From Eledone cirrhosa (taxonomy: Eukaryota): DNA of 64,000 nt. The position numbers and the translations under genes were made by a program. Under the pieces are notes generated by a model that was given only the letters and a program-made list of their open reading frames with translations, had not been told where the DNA came from and did not search any database. Below, one piece after another: positions 12,006-24,473 of the stretch; position 1 is the stretch's first letter, and each line of letters opens with the position of its first letter. The stretch spans positions 282,100,001-282,164,000 of the forward strand of contig OZ024741.1 of NCBI GenBank assembly GCA_964016885.1, in the 5' to 3' direction.

Positions 12006-13268
12006 TTTGGTGTATTTTTGTTAGAGGTGCCTACTGACTGTAGTAGGTTTCACTTTGTACTTAGGTAAGGCGGGTCTTCTGTATTATTGTGTAGCGCCAA
12101 AGATCTCGGTCCAGTGACATTGTCTTGGAGAGGTGTAAGTGTGTGAGGTCGGAATTTATCAAGTCGTCCCAGGTTTTTCTGGGTCTGCCTACTCCATGGC
12201 TACTGTCTATTTTTATTGCCCTGCACTTTTTTATACAGCTGTCGTCTTTCATGCGCATCATGTGTAAACAACATCTGATCCCTCTTATTTCTAATTTTTC
12301 CCTTAGTTCGTTTATGCTTTGCCGTTCACGTATATTACTATTACACATCCAGCGGAGCATGCAAGCTTCGCTCCTCTCCAGTCTGCGTATATCCTCTGCA
12401 CACAATGCCCAGGTCTCACTGCCATGTAACATTGCTGTTCGTATGCAGGCATCATACAGCCTGCCTTTCATTTTTAGAGAGAACCCTTTAGCGGCTAATA
12501 GTGGTATAAGCTCTCTGAACTTTTTCCATCCAGTTCTGACTCTAGCTACTGTACTTTCAGAGCACCCTCCACCACTGCTGATTTTGTCACCCAAGTAACG
12601 GAAGGTGTCCACTATTTCTATAGAACCATCTGTGTAATGGAATGAGCTAGTATTCTGTGGGCACTTGCTGATACTTATTGCACCAGAGCACCGGCCACAT
12701 ATAAAATCTATATTCTTAGTTAGCTTACCTGTGATCCCACTACATCTTTTATGCACCCATACTTTGCATTTGGGACATAAAATGGAGTTTCTGCCTACTT
12801 CTTTCCTACACACTGAGCATGGCCATTTCCCGGATGGGACCGGTGCCCTATTTTCCTTCCTACAAACTAGAACTTTAGTCTTAGACAGGTTAATTTTAAG
12901 GCCTTTTGATTCTAGGCCATGCTTCCATATTTGGAATTTCTTCTCTAGTTCAGCCATTGATTCAGCTATGAGCGTTAGATCATCTGCGTATAGGAGTTCC
13001 CATGGGCAGCCGGTCTTGAACTTCACTGTTATAGCCTGAAGGGCAATAATAAATAGTAGGGCGCTAAGAACGGAACCCTGATGAACAAATTTTACACTAA
13101 ACTCTTCACTATATTCGTTGTTAATTCTAACCTTGCTGACTGTTTCTTTATACATGGCTTGTATAGCTCTCACAAGCCATTCATCAACACCTAGTTTTCT
13201 AAGAGCCCACCAGATAATGGAACGGGGGACTCTGTCAAAGGCTTTCTCCAAGTCAACAAAAGCTAAGT
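12005..13268 (-). mobile_element. RTE LINE (second subfamily), truncated
   Basis: ORF 12061-13251: EKAFDRV, HQGSVLS, YADD, zinc finger, HGSETW. Confidence 0.95.
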
Positions 13269-13414
13269 ATGTATATATATGTTTGTTGGTTTACCACTGG
13301 ATAGAACTAGTCATTCCGTATGCTCAACCTCGATGTAATATTATGCAAGCACTCAACATAATGCAACTCACCCGTCTTCGTTTGTGTAGTTGGTGGTGCG
13401 AGTACGGAGTTAAT

Positions 13415-13818
13415 TATTATAAAATAACAGGAGGCTGGACTGGTGTAATTCCGTAAAAGGTTTATTATACTATGATCATTTCAATGACCGGGTTCAGTAT
13501 GAATCCGGTGACATCATCAGGTATTCGAAATATAACAAAGGAATATAATAGACAAAATCCATGGAGCTGAAAATCAGAGACATTAGGGCGACTGGACATT
13601 TAGCGGCTTCCGACCGGGGTAGAAGCCGCTAAATGTTCGGTCGCCCTCATGTCTCTGATTTTCAGCCCCATGGATTTTTGTCTATTATATTCCTTTGTTA
13701 TATTTCGAATACCTGATGATGTCACCGGATTCATACTGAACCCGGTAATTGAAATGATCATAGTATAATAAACCTTTTACGGAATTACACCAGTCCAGCC
13801 TCCTGTTATTTTATAATA
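13415..13818. repeat. Palindrome with ~200-bp arms, each carrying a hammerhead (13467-13524 on -, 13709-13766 on +); inverted Penelope-type pLTR pair
   Basis: Arms 13415-13610 and 13622-13818 are near-perfect reverse complements; AUAC-CUGAUGA-..ACCGG..CCGGU..-GAA-AUGAUCAU-A-GUAU. Confidence 0.85.
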
Positions 13819-14066
13819 TATATAATCCCATAATATTCTTAACCTCCATCGTAGTTATATCTCTATAAGTTATATTTCATATATCTAATTAACATCAACA
13901 TCACCCCACCACCACTCATTCATCCATCATAGATTATATATTTCCATAACCATCACTGTATCCAATTCTTTTATTCTCCTCCTACCATCACAAAAATACC
14001 CATACACCCACATAAATACGTTTGTATGAACTGGCACTTGTATATTCATATCTGTATGTATGTATG

Positions 14067-14350
14067 CAGGGGCCTCGTTTGCCTTAAAAATGTGAAGGGG
14101 GTCAAACCAACATTTGTTGATTATTAAAGGAGCATAAATTGCTTATGGTGCCTTTCCCGGACCCTATCACATAAGTAAAATTTTACGCTAATCAAATTTT
14201 ATATATTCAAATGAAGTTCAGATATAAAAAAATAAGCTTGAAAAGAATTTATATCAAATAAACAAAAAATAAAATATAGACGTTTGAAAAAGTAGGGGGG
14301 GGGGACCTGTCCCTGGTACCCCCTCCCCCTCCCCCTGAACCAAGGCCTTG
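14067..14350. mobile_element. Non-autonomous DNA transposon (hAT-like)
   Basis: Imperfect TIRs CAGGGGCCTCGTT / AACCAAGGCCTTG, with TATGTATG on both sides (within a TATG microsatellite). Confidence 0.55.
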
Positions 14351-14527
14351 TATGTATGCATGCTTGTGTAGACATGTACTTATTTACATGTTTGCACGCA
14401 TTCTATGTGTATATATATGTACGTATGTTTATGTGTATACAGGCATTCATTTGTGTGTGTGTGTATACATGTATGCACACATGTTTGAATGTGTTTGTAT
14501 GTATGTATATTTATGCATCCATATGTA

Positions 14528-15027
14528 TGAAATAACAAGAATGGCCGATTTAGTTTATATATAAAGGTTTACTTCACTTCAGTCAAAAAGAACGATAAAC
14601 ATATTACCATTAGTTGCGAAGGTTGACAATGTTATTTTTGTTGTTGGTTCATGAGGCTGGTTTAGTCTGCGACCAGGAGAGAAAGAAAGTAATGGTGTGT
14701 AGACCTCTGAAAGGTCTGTAGTTGACTGTAGATAGAGGTGAATCTTTCACATAGCTTGTAATAGAGTACTGCTCCGATCGCTCTGTATGTCTGTAGACCT
14801 CTGGGGCCTGAAGGTAGCGGCGAATCTTTCACATAGCTTGTCTGTATCGTGGTGCTCCGATCTCTGTGTGTCTAAGGTGGGAAAATATAGGCTTTATATA
14901 CCTGTCGCTTTCTGTCTCCCACCTTGAGGGGATAGCCCACGCATGAACCTGTTCACACCAAAAGGGTGGTGACCTAGAGTTTGACCTTTAGGTGTCCCCC
15001 AAGGTTCAAAGCGTGGACAGATCTCGC

Positions 15028-15031
<4 letters not shown>
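14528..15031 (-). mobile_element. Possible solo LTR
   Basis: Minus strand starts TGTAGCG and ends TTTCA, with an internal TATAAA; inserted in TA-rich microsatellite. Confidence 0.35.
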
Positions 15032-15082
<51 letters not shown>

Positions 15083-16698
15083 GTGTGTGTGTGTATTTAT
15101 ATGTTTATGTTTAGGTTTACATACACGTTCATGTATCTGTTGTTTACTTTTATTCCCAGGTCAGACCCAAACGACCAAAACAAAGGCAACCTGAATGACA
15201 TTCCAGCCACGACCATCATGTGTTTATATGAATATCTAAGACTATATTATTGGATGTGTCCTTTCTTGTTTTAAAATGTAAGGAGATGGAAATATTTCGC
15301 TGCTGTTTCTAGCATGTTGGGAGATAACTAATGTCTCTTTTCTGGGATCGATTTTCTTTTTGCTTTAATAAATTGTATATTTTCTTCAACATGTTTCTTA
15401 CTGTGGAGTTATTGTTGTTTCAGACTCCAGCCTATCCATGTCAGTCTCCACCTAGCCTGACCCAGTCGAGGCCAATGAAGTTGGAAGAGTTAATATGATT
15501 TGAGGGATAATTTGGCTGATATTTCTAGCAGGTTGAGAGATTGACCGAATATGGAAACTATTGTACGTTTACTTTTTTCGGAAAAGACATGAGCAGGGAA
15601 TTCTACAGGACCGACATTTTGGACAGGGAGGATTGGCCGTCGTAGTTAGTGGGGTGATAAGGAGAGATGAACAAGTGTCAGGGTGGAGGCGATACGAGTT
15701 CAGAAAGCAGAGGCCAATGCAGTAGAGGCAGACCAAACAGAGGGATGAAGCAGCATATAGGTGGGCTAGTGGCTGGAACGTGTCTGTGGAGTAATGACCA
15801 CTATAGTAACAGTAGAAAAGGCGAGGAGAGGACACGTCTCTGTGTGACTTTATACCGATTGGCCGAGTGAGTTTTCTTTGAATACAGATGTAGGAGTAGT
15901 ACCTCATTGTAGGTCAGTATTTGTTGGGGTTTGAAGTATTTTCTAGCACTGAAAAGAAGGACTAGTAATTAAGATAGGGATCCTAGCTATGTTATAAATG
16001 TAACAAAAGTTCTATGAACTTAAGTCAAGGCAGAGGTTGGAAAGTGTCAGCGAGTGGCTTTATATTCGGTATAGGCAACCTTTTTCAAGTGGTGGACCAC
16101 ACAGGATGTAGCTCATCATAAGATGGGCCTCACTACTAAAAAATTCAAAGCAATTTTGAAATTAGGCGTGCCATTCAGAAAGCCAAACGGGCCGCAGTTT
16201 GTCCGTGGCTGCCTTATACCGATTAGCGAAATGGCTTTTCTCTAAATATAGTTTCGGAAGTTAGTGCGAGGTAATAACAACACCGTTACCGATGAATGTA
16301 TACAACAAACTTGCTTACGAAGTGTTCTATGAAAACAAATAGATAACTTTTTTCATAAACATACCAGTGTAAAACTAATTATGACACCGGTAATGTGATT
16401 TGATATTGCCCCTGTTTTAAATTACCACCTGAAATTGTGTTGTAATTACAGGTGGTGGGGTAGGATGAAATAAATTTTAAATTAATCCCTAGGGTCAGCT
16501 TGTATGATCAATGATATTTCCAGCTATGACCATTATTAATTTATATTAGTATTTAATACTACATTATTGAATATGACCTCGCAAGATTGGCAGCTAGTTC
16601 AACAAGGGAGATAACTATTTCCAGTGATTTTTCAGGGATTGATTCTTTTTTTTTTTTTATATTGTATATAGTTATTCTTATATTACTTACTAGGGCGG

Positions 16699-16967
16699 CG
16701 GGCACTGGTTTGTTATTGTCTGCCAAAAGTGAGTTTGCATTTCAGCAAGCGGTGAACTCTGCCTACAGTTCCTCCCGTCGTTTATATCCGTAAAGTGACT
16801 AAAGATTAAAACAAATGTAACCCTAACCCTAACCGTAAATATATTACATTTGTTTTAATCTTTAGTCACTTTACGGATATAAACGACGGGAGGAACTGTA
16901 GGCAGGGTTCACCGCTTGCTGAGACGCAAACTTTCACTTTTGACAGACAAAAGCAAACCAGTGCCCG
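16699..16967. mobile_element. Palindromic MITE (GGGCACTGG termini) with telomeric repeats in the spacer
   Basis: Arms 16699-16820 and 16844-16967 are reverse complements; the arm/spacer junction contains TAACCCTAACCCTAACC. Confidence 0.75.
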
Positions 16968-17254
16968 TTCCGGCTCTCTGAATTAAAATCCAACTTTGTC
17001 TTTCATCCATTCAAAGTCGCTAAAAATAAAGTACCAGTTAAGTACTGTAGTCGATTCTTCCTTTATATTTCTTTCAAAACCGCCTCTCTCACTTTATCCT
17101 TCTTCGAAGGAAATCTACTGTATTCAGATCTGGAGAGAAGATGGGCTCTGCCAGGTTTAAAAATACCCTAGAAACGCCGTATGTCAATACGGCGCCTGTA
17201 CGACTCCATCAGTAGTTACGGGGCTTTAACACACCATCATATTATTTACTTTTC

Positions 17255-17299
17255 AGGGTAGTGGATTGGCAGAGTTGTGAAAACGTCGGAAAAAATCCT
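17255..17299 (+). mobile_element. SINE 5' half (continues at 41348)
   Basis: GGGTAGTGGATTGGCAGAG...GTCGGAAAAAATCCT aligns with the head of the SINE at 58911. Confidence 0.65.
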
Positions 17300-17680
17300 G
17301 GCACTACAACGCTATTAGCTGTCAGTCCAGTGGAAAACAGGCGATGGTGACGTCACTCGTCAACATCGTTTATTTCCGTATTACTACCACGCGTAAATGG
17401 AGTTTTCACGCGTTTTTTTTTTTGAGAGAGGGCAGACTTAAAAGGGCCAAATTAGAAAACAAGTCATGGTTATAAAGCATATCGATGTAAGTGGAGTTAC
17501 TTAAATGAAAATATAGGTGGCCCTTAAAAGGGCCAAATTAGAAAACAAATTTAAGTTAATTAGAAAACAAGTCATTCATAAATTTAAGTTTTATAATCAA
17601 ATTTTTTTCACCAACAAATATGACAGCTAATAGGGTTGTAGTGCCCGCAATTCTGTATCTTTACGTATATTGCGCATAGA

Positions 17681-17920
17681 TACGAGGGTTGACAAAGATA
17701 CTCTCATGGAATGTGACCAAATGAGGTTTATTTTTCAACATAGTCTCCCTTGCGTTCCACACACTTCTTCCATCGGTGTTGCAGTACTGAGATCAATATT
17801 TTCCTCGGTAGTGGCAGTTGTAGAACGTCCAGACATTGGGTCATTTTCAAGAATCCCCTATCCTTTCCTAAATTCGGCTGCCCACTTTTGCACAAAGGAA
17901 AATTGTGGTACAATATTGTA
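17681..17920 (-). mobile_element. mariner transposon 3' remnant
   Basis: Peptide ends HRWKKCVERKGDYVEK* (mariner transposase C-terminus); TACGAGGG TIR at 17681. Confidence 0.8.
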
Positions 17921-18627
17921 AGGTCTGCTTATAGCATTATCCATCTTTCAAAAATGAAGGTCCACATTTCGTCGACTTCAATACATTTTATTGTATTGTA
18001 AACATTAACTTTTATGGAAATTTTATTACAAAATTTCAATTTAGTTCGATTTTTTGGAATTTATTTAACAAACATGGAAAATAAGAAAAAGAATAAAATA
18101 AAAAATAATTTGATTGCCTTTAATAAAGAAGATAAATAGAGTGGAACTGATTTCCAGGTCATACTAATGAAACAAGGTTTTTTCCATTACTGATATTATC
18201 TGTCTGCCGCAAGTCCTGGTAGAAGATGCTACACGAACTAAAGTATTTTACTGAAGGACGCAACATGTTGCAGGATCGAAGAAACGAGCCCATGACTTTA
18301 TAATGGTTACTCCAGTACCGTAACCCCTAAGGCATGTGCCTTCACAGAGGAAAGGTAAATCATATTATAACAGATTAGATGGGTACTATGTTAGATATTA
18401 CTATGTGTCATATTATACCAAAGAGGAAGTGTGCTGTATAATAAACATTGATATCAGGTTGATTCAATTACTACCCAGTCCCAAATATGAACCCATGAAC
18501 TTATGGTCGTCAGTCAAACACTTTAACCATTGTATGTATACACGTATGGATGGATGTATGTATGTGTGTATACATGTATGTATGGATGTATGTATACATG
18601 TATATATGTAAGTATGTATGCGTGTAT

Positions 18628-21093
18628 GAGAACAACTGGAAGGACTTCAGGAGCTCGGTCTATGAGGCTTCAGCAGAGTTCCTTGGCTTTGTCACAAGAA
18701 AGCAAGGACTGGTTTGATGAGAATGACCAGGAGGTAGACAGAAAACAAAAGGCACTTGATGCAGTTCTTAAAGGTGGTAGCTCTGTTGGTGACAATTATG
18801 AGCGTTACAGACAGGTAAAGAAGGAAGTGCAGGTGAAACTCAGGGCTATGCAAAATACCTGGTGGAGCAACAAAGCAGATGAAGTTCAAGTGGCATCTGA
18901 CGGCAACAATGTGAAACTGCCGCACTTTCTACTCACAGAGGTGTATGGCCCTTTCAGCTCTCCAGTGGCCCCTTTGAGATCGAAATATGGCAAGCAATTA
19001 CTGCGCGACCCCAAAGACACTCGACAGATAGAGAGATCACTTTGATGAGCTCTTAAACCAGCCATCCCAGGTTGATGATGATTTCATTTGTTCCATTCCT
19101 ATTGAACCAGTGAAGCATATGAGATGGCTAATGTATCTTCTCTTGCAGAGGGGACTTCTGTTGTGCATAAGCTGAACTGTGGTAAGTCTCCTGGTATGGA
19201 TGGTCTGAGTGGAGCGGTTTTGAAGTGTGGTGGTGAAAACTTCACGCAGTGCCTGACTGACCTCATGAAAATGGTGTGGGAAGATGAGAATGTCCCACAA
19301 GAAGGATGCACTCATGGTGATTCTCCATAAAGGAAAGGACGGCAAGGACAAATGTGGCAATTATCATGTCATATCCCTTCTTTCAGTAGTTGGTAAAGTC
19401 GTGTCGAATATTGATGGAGAGATTGATCCCAAGAGTTGCTCTGAATGTGTTGCCTGAGTCGCAGTGTGGGTTCAGAAACGAAAGAGGAACAGTGGATATG
19501 ATCGTTTCTGCTCGGCAGCTGCAAGAAAAGTGTATCGAACAATGTATGGACCTTTACCAGGTCTTTGTTGACTTGACAAAGGCCTTTGACACTCAATCGA
19601 ACTGCGTTGTGGGAAAAAAATCCAAGGTAGGGTAGAAGATTCTGCATCTTTTCCATGATGACATAAAGGCTTTGGTCAGTATTAGTGGTAGCATCTCTGA
19701 ACCAATATAAGTTGAAAATGGAGTGAAGCAGGAGACATTCCGGCTCCAACTCTGTTTTCCTTATATTTTACGATAGTGTTTCTCATGGCATTCAAATATT
19801 GTTCTCATGGGGTTTACATCAGGTATTGCACTTCAGGAAGGTTGTTCAACACCAGGCGCTTTGGTACAAGCACAAAGGTATTAACATCTATAATCCGAGA
19901 GTTTTTGTATGCAGACGACTGCGATCTTTTTGCACACTCACAAAGTGACATGCAGCATATTATGAACTCTTTTTCTACAGCTTGCAGCACTTTGGGCATC
20001 ACAATAAGCTTGGAAAAGACTGTTGTGATGTATCAGCCAGTACCTGGAAACGAGTACACTGCACCAAGTGTGTACGTGTATGGAAAGAGGCTAAAAGTTG
20101 CTGACAAGTTTGTTTACCATGGTAGTACGTTGAACACTTCATGCACACATGATAATAAAATATCCTTAAGAATCAAGAAAGCCAGTGATGCTTTTGGACG
20201 GCTGCATCAACGTTTATGGTCCAGACGAGGTATCACTATCGAAACCAAGGTGAAAGTGTATCTGACTTGTGTCGTCTCCTCTTTACTTTATGTTTGTGAA
20301 ACGTGGGTCACATACAGAAAGCACCTCAAGGATCTGGAGAGATTTCACCAACAACCTCTTCATAAGTTACTTGGGGTGTGGTGGAAAATGTTCGCCAGTG
20401 ATTTGGAAGTTTTAGAACGGAGCAGGTGCGTCACTATAGAGAGCATAATCTTTCGGAATCGGTTGAGGTGGTGCAGTCACGTGGTCCAGATGTCTGATGA
20501 TCATATTCCAAAGCAACTTCTCTATGGAGAACTGTGTGAAGGAAGGCGACCACCACATAAACCAAAAAGGCGGTACCGGGACTGTATCAGGGGCACCTTG
20601 GCTTGTGCTGGAATTTCATCTGACGAATGGGAGAAAATGGCTGACGAGCGTGTGAAGTGGAGACGTTTGATCAAGTCAGGTGGTGAACACTTTGAAACTC
20701 GGAGAGAACACCTAACACTGAAAAGGAAGGTGAGGATTGAGATTGTTCTGAACTGCCTGCTGTTGAACATCATCTGGTTTGCCAGCACTGTGGTCGAGTC
20801 AGCCTGAGCAAAGCTGGTTTGATTAGACATGAACAAAGTCATATCAGTAGACCTCATGTAGATTATGATCTGAAAAGGTGTAAGAAATGTACAAGCATGG
20901 GAGGTCTTAAAAGATACATGTGAACATACAGCCATAACAAAGCAATGGAAGGTTTCGGGGGAGCCTAAAGTTGCCATGTGTGTGCCAGAGGGTGCAAGTA
21001 TTTGGCTGGTTTAAATAGTCACATTTGTGCTTCACATTTTTGAACATTTTATCGGGCGATGGCAATACTTGAACACGAGTTTGCAGCCATCAT
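18628..21093 (+). mobile_element. RTE/BovB-like LINE, frameshifted
   Basis: LPESQCGFR, FVDLTKAFD, YADD, RLRWCSHVVQMSDDHIPKQLLYGEL; ends GCAGCCATCAT(GTAT)n. Confidence 0.92.
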
Positions 21094-21110
21094 GTAGTAT
21101 GTATGTATGT

Positions 21111-21735
21111 CGGGTCACTCTTGAGTGCTATTGGTAACATGTAACCCAGTACAACCTGTCGCATGGTCGGGTTGTCGGCGACTAAACTGGCAACCCCACC
21201 AAGTTTACTTGGTGAGGAGGGTGATTTTGGACACCCTGCAGGACAAAAAACACCACCTGACAAAGGGCAGAAGATCTCATAAGAGTCAACGGCCATCCAA
21301 AAGTGTGTAAATATGTATATACACATGTACATATGTATGTATATGTATATGTGTATATACATGGGTGCATGTGAATGTACATGCGCGGGGACATAGAAAT
21401 AATCGGGCTGGACACCCGAACGTGCGGTTAAACCACTGGGAGTGAAGGACCCCTAGCCTTTGTCAGGGCATTCTTCTAGGAGAAGGCAACTCAGGAAACT
21501 GGGATAACTCCGATATAAAACCTGCGGCTCAGTAGTTACCGATGATGTTGATATTTTCTTCTTTTCGGGTTATAGCTACTGTCGCTCAGAGTGGGATTGG
21601 CTCAGTGCACAGTCTTTCCTCATTTAAAAAAATATCTTCATGCACAGGCATTGCACGATAGAATTAATTAATAATTATTAATAATGGTATATCGTGCAAT
21701 GGCCATACTCGATAACGAGGGGGCAGCCATCATGT
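21111..21735 (+). mobile_element. Non-autonomous RTE/BovB-dependent element (SINE-like), interrupted by a microsatellite
   Basis: Shares the 3' end ATGGC.ATACT.GA..ACGAG...GCAGCCATCATGT with the adjacent LINE; non-coding GC-richer head. Confidence 0.55.
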
Positions 21736-21929
21736 ATGCATGCATGCGTGTATGTATGTGTGTGTGTATATATATATATATATATGTGCATGTGGGTGTG
21801 TATATATATATCTCCATATACATATTTATTCAGCTGATATAGGCTGGATTGGTTGGAATATTCTGATGCAAATTCTTTCTGCTCTGTTAAATCGAAACAA
21901 ATCTTGACTTTTTATTTGAGGTTTTCTAT

Positions 21930-22575
21930 ATAAGAGACCGGGAGACCATGTTGATACTATGAAGGCCATTTGTCCTTAGCCACCTGGACTATTGCTCCCA
22001 GCTGTGGTCACCCCATAGTATCAAACTAACCACGGAACTTGAGACAATCCAACGAAGCTACACCAAGAGGATTGCACGATGAAGGAGATGAGCTACTGGG
22101 AGAGGCTAAAAGAACTGAAACTCTACTCCTTGGAACGAAGATGGGAGAGATACGCAGTGACATACATATGGAAAATCCTGGAGGGACTAGCGCCAAACTT
22201 TGGTATTGAGAGCGGGACCAACCCCCGAACAGGATGTCACTGTGTGGTGACAAAGGTCCCGTCTTCCACATCTAGAACAAGAAGCAGATATTGCAATAGA
22301 CTGGGGTTCAAAGGCCCTCAACTCTTCAACAAACTGCCGAGGGATTTGAGATATCTACATGGTGTGGCCGTGGATATTTTCAAGAAACTTCTCAACACCC
22401 TGTTATCCAGGATCCCGGATGAGCCCACATCACGGTACGAAGGTAACCTAAGGGCAGCAGCAACGAACACCCTCTTACATGAATGGCCAGCCAACACAGG
22501 CTGGAGATAGAATCTGTAGCAACAAGGGCAGTGCCCAATCATGGTCTCAGCCGGATGGCTGGAACAGCTAAAAGA
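21930..22575 (+). mobile_element. CR1/L2-group LINE 3' fragment
   Basis: LDYCSQLWSP, SYWERLKELKLYSLERRWER, GPQLFNKLP; a second copy lies at 24918-25236 on the minus strand. Confidence 0.75.
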
Positions 22576-22602
22576 GTATATATATATATTTAATATAGAA
22601 AT

Positions 22603-22654
22603 GGCTTCAACAGGACTAGAACTGTTTCATTCGGAGGAAATTATCAGAAAAGCC
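22603..22654 (-). ncRNA. Hammerhead motif, G8A core variant
   Basis: GGCUUUU-CUGAUAA-UUUC(CUCC)GAAU-GAA-ACAG(UUCUAGUC)CUGU-U-GAAGCC; homologous to 59140-59187. Confidence 0.6.
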
Positions 22655-22925
22655 GACTGTCAATGTAATATGGTGGTATTTATACATTTTCTGGTGGTAG
22701 GGGAGGGTAGTAAATTGATGCTAAGTAGACAAACACATACACACTGACAGGCACTCCTAATTTTCAAGATTCATTTATTCCAAACAAACAAAGGGTTTTC
22801 ATTGAGTGGCAATATTAAAATGTTCTGCTAAAAGATATAAATATGTGTGTGTTTGTGTATGTGTGTGTATATATATATATGTGTGTGTGTGTGTTTGTAT
22901 ATATATATGTGTGTGTGTGTTTGCG

Positions 22926-22961
<36 letters not shown>

Positions 22962-23479
22962 CAAATTTCAATAATATTAAGACACCCTAATGGGGGTTAA
23001 ACGCCCTATAGTGAAAAGTTTGGCCAATAAATGGAACAAGATTTTGCGAACTCCTCCTATGGTTTTGGAGATAGACCCCCATAGCCATATATATTCTGAA
23101 ACTACATTGCCCAGGGTACTTGTATCAGTATATTTCATTTTAATCAAAGGGTTCATCGGGGGTATAAACCCCCGCTGAAAACTTTTCCCTTTCGATTTAT
23201 ATGAAACTTAAACCATAGGTAAATGACAAGATATGATGCCTACTCACAAAAGTTTTCAATTGATATTTTGAAAAAAATTATTTACAAGAAACAAAATAAG
23301 AATAAGATTTAATAATGCAATTTTGATTTGATATATTACAAAAATTGATGTTTTCCAATTTTTCATGCATTATATTTTACATTGAGTAATATTGAGTTTT
23401 TCTCCATAAATTATATCACTGATTTAAAATCTTACAAAAAAATGTGTGAAACGCAGCAAGGCGCTGGTAATTCAGCTAG
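22962..23479 (+). mobile_element. Non-autonomous Helitron-like element (3' end)
   Basis: CAGC-AAGGC-GCTG hairpin ~10 nt before CTAG|T at 23476-23480. Confidence 0.5.
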
Positions 23480-23529
23480 TATATATGTATATGTGAGTGT
23501 GTGTATATATGTGTGTGTGTGTGCTCATA

Positions 23530-24470
23530 ATGTAGGAGAGGTGAAGGTAGAAACTCCATCCTCTGCCCCATATGCAAACTATGGGTACACAAGAGATGTA
23601 GTGGGATCTCAGGAAGTTTAGTTAAGAATGTAGGCTTTACATGTAGCAGTTGCACCAGGACAGTAATCACTGAAAACAAGTGACATCAAAGTCTGGGAGG
23701 ACTTGGTAAAAACAATACCGAATTAGCAACGGAGGGGGGTGTTCTGAAAGAACGGGATGGAAGAAGTTGAGGGAGCTATTGCCACAGCTAGATACAAAAG
23801 GCTTTTCCCTCAGAATAAAAGGTAGACTGTATGATGTGTGCATATGAACGGCAATATTGCATGGTAGTGAGAGCTGGGCGCTGTGTGTAGAAGACTTGCG
23901 TAGATTAGAAAGGAATGAAGCTTGTATGCTCCGATGGATGTGTAATAGTAATATACGCGAACAGAAAAGCATAAACAAATAAGAGGAATCAAATGTATGC
24001 AGGAGAGGAGATTATGTTGGTATGGACATGTGATTCGTATGAAGGATGACAGCTACATAAAGTCCCAGAAAGACTTGAGATGAAGTGATAAAAGCCGACC
24101 TTGCCCAATTGCACCTCTGAAAGGCAATGGCACAGGACCAAGAGCTCTGGCGTTATGAGGTAATACAGAAACCCCAACTTCCCACGGGCCCAGGCCAAGG
24201 CTGAAACATACATACAGTATGCACCACTCCATCCCACCCGCCAATATATCTTTCATGAGAACAGGCCGAAACACTGTAAAGTGGTTGTGATGGTGACACG
24301 GTAAAAAACACCCAGTACTCACTGTAAAGTAGTCGTGGAGGAATCAACAAAAAACACCCAGTACTCACTGTAAATGAGCTTGGCATTAGGAAGGGCATCC
24401 AGCTGTAGAAACAAGCCAAAATCAGTTCTTTATGAGCAAGACATGGTCACCTGACCTAACATTGCCAACA
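23530..24470 (+). mobile_element. Degenerate RTE LINE 3' part
   Basis: Collinear with 6860-7880 with deletions. Confidence 0.85.
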
Positions 24471-24473
24471 ATA

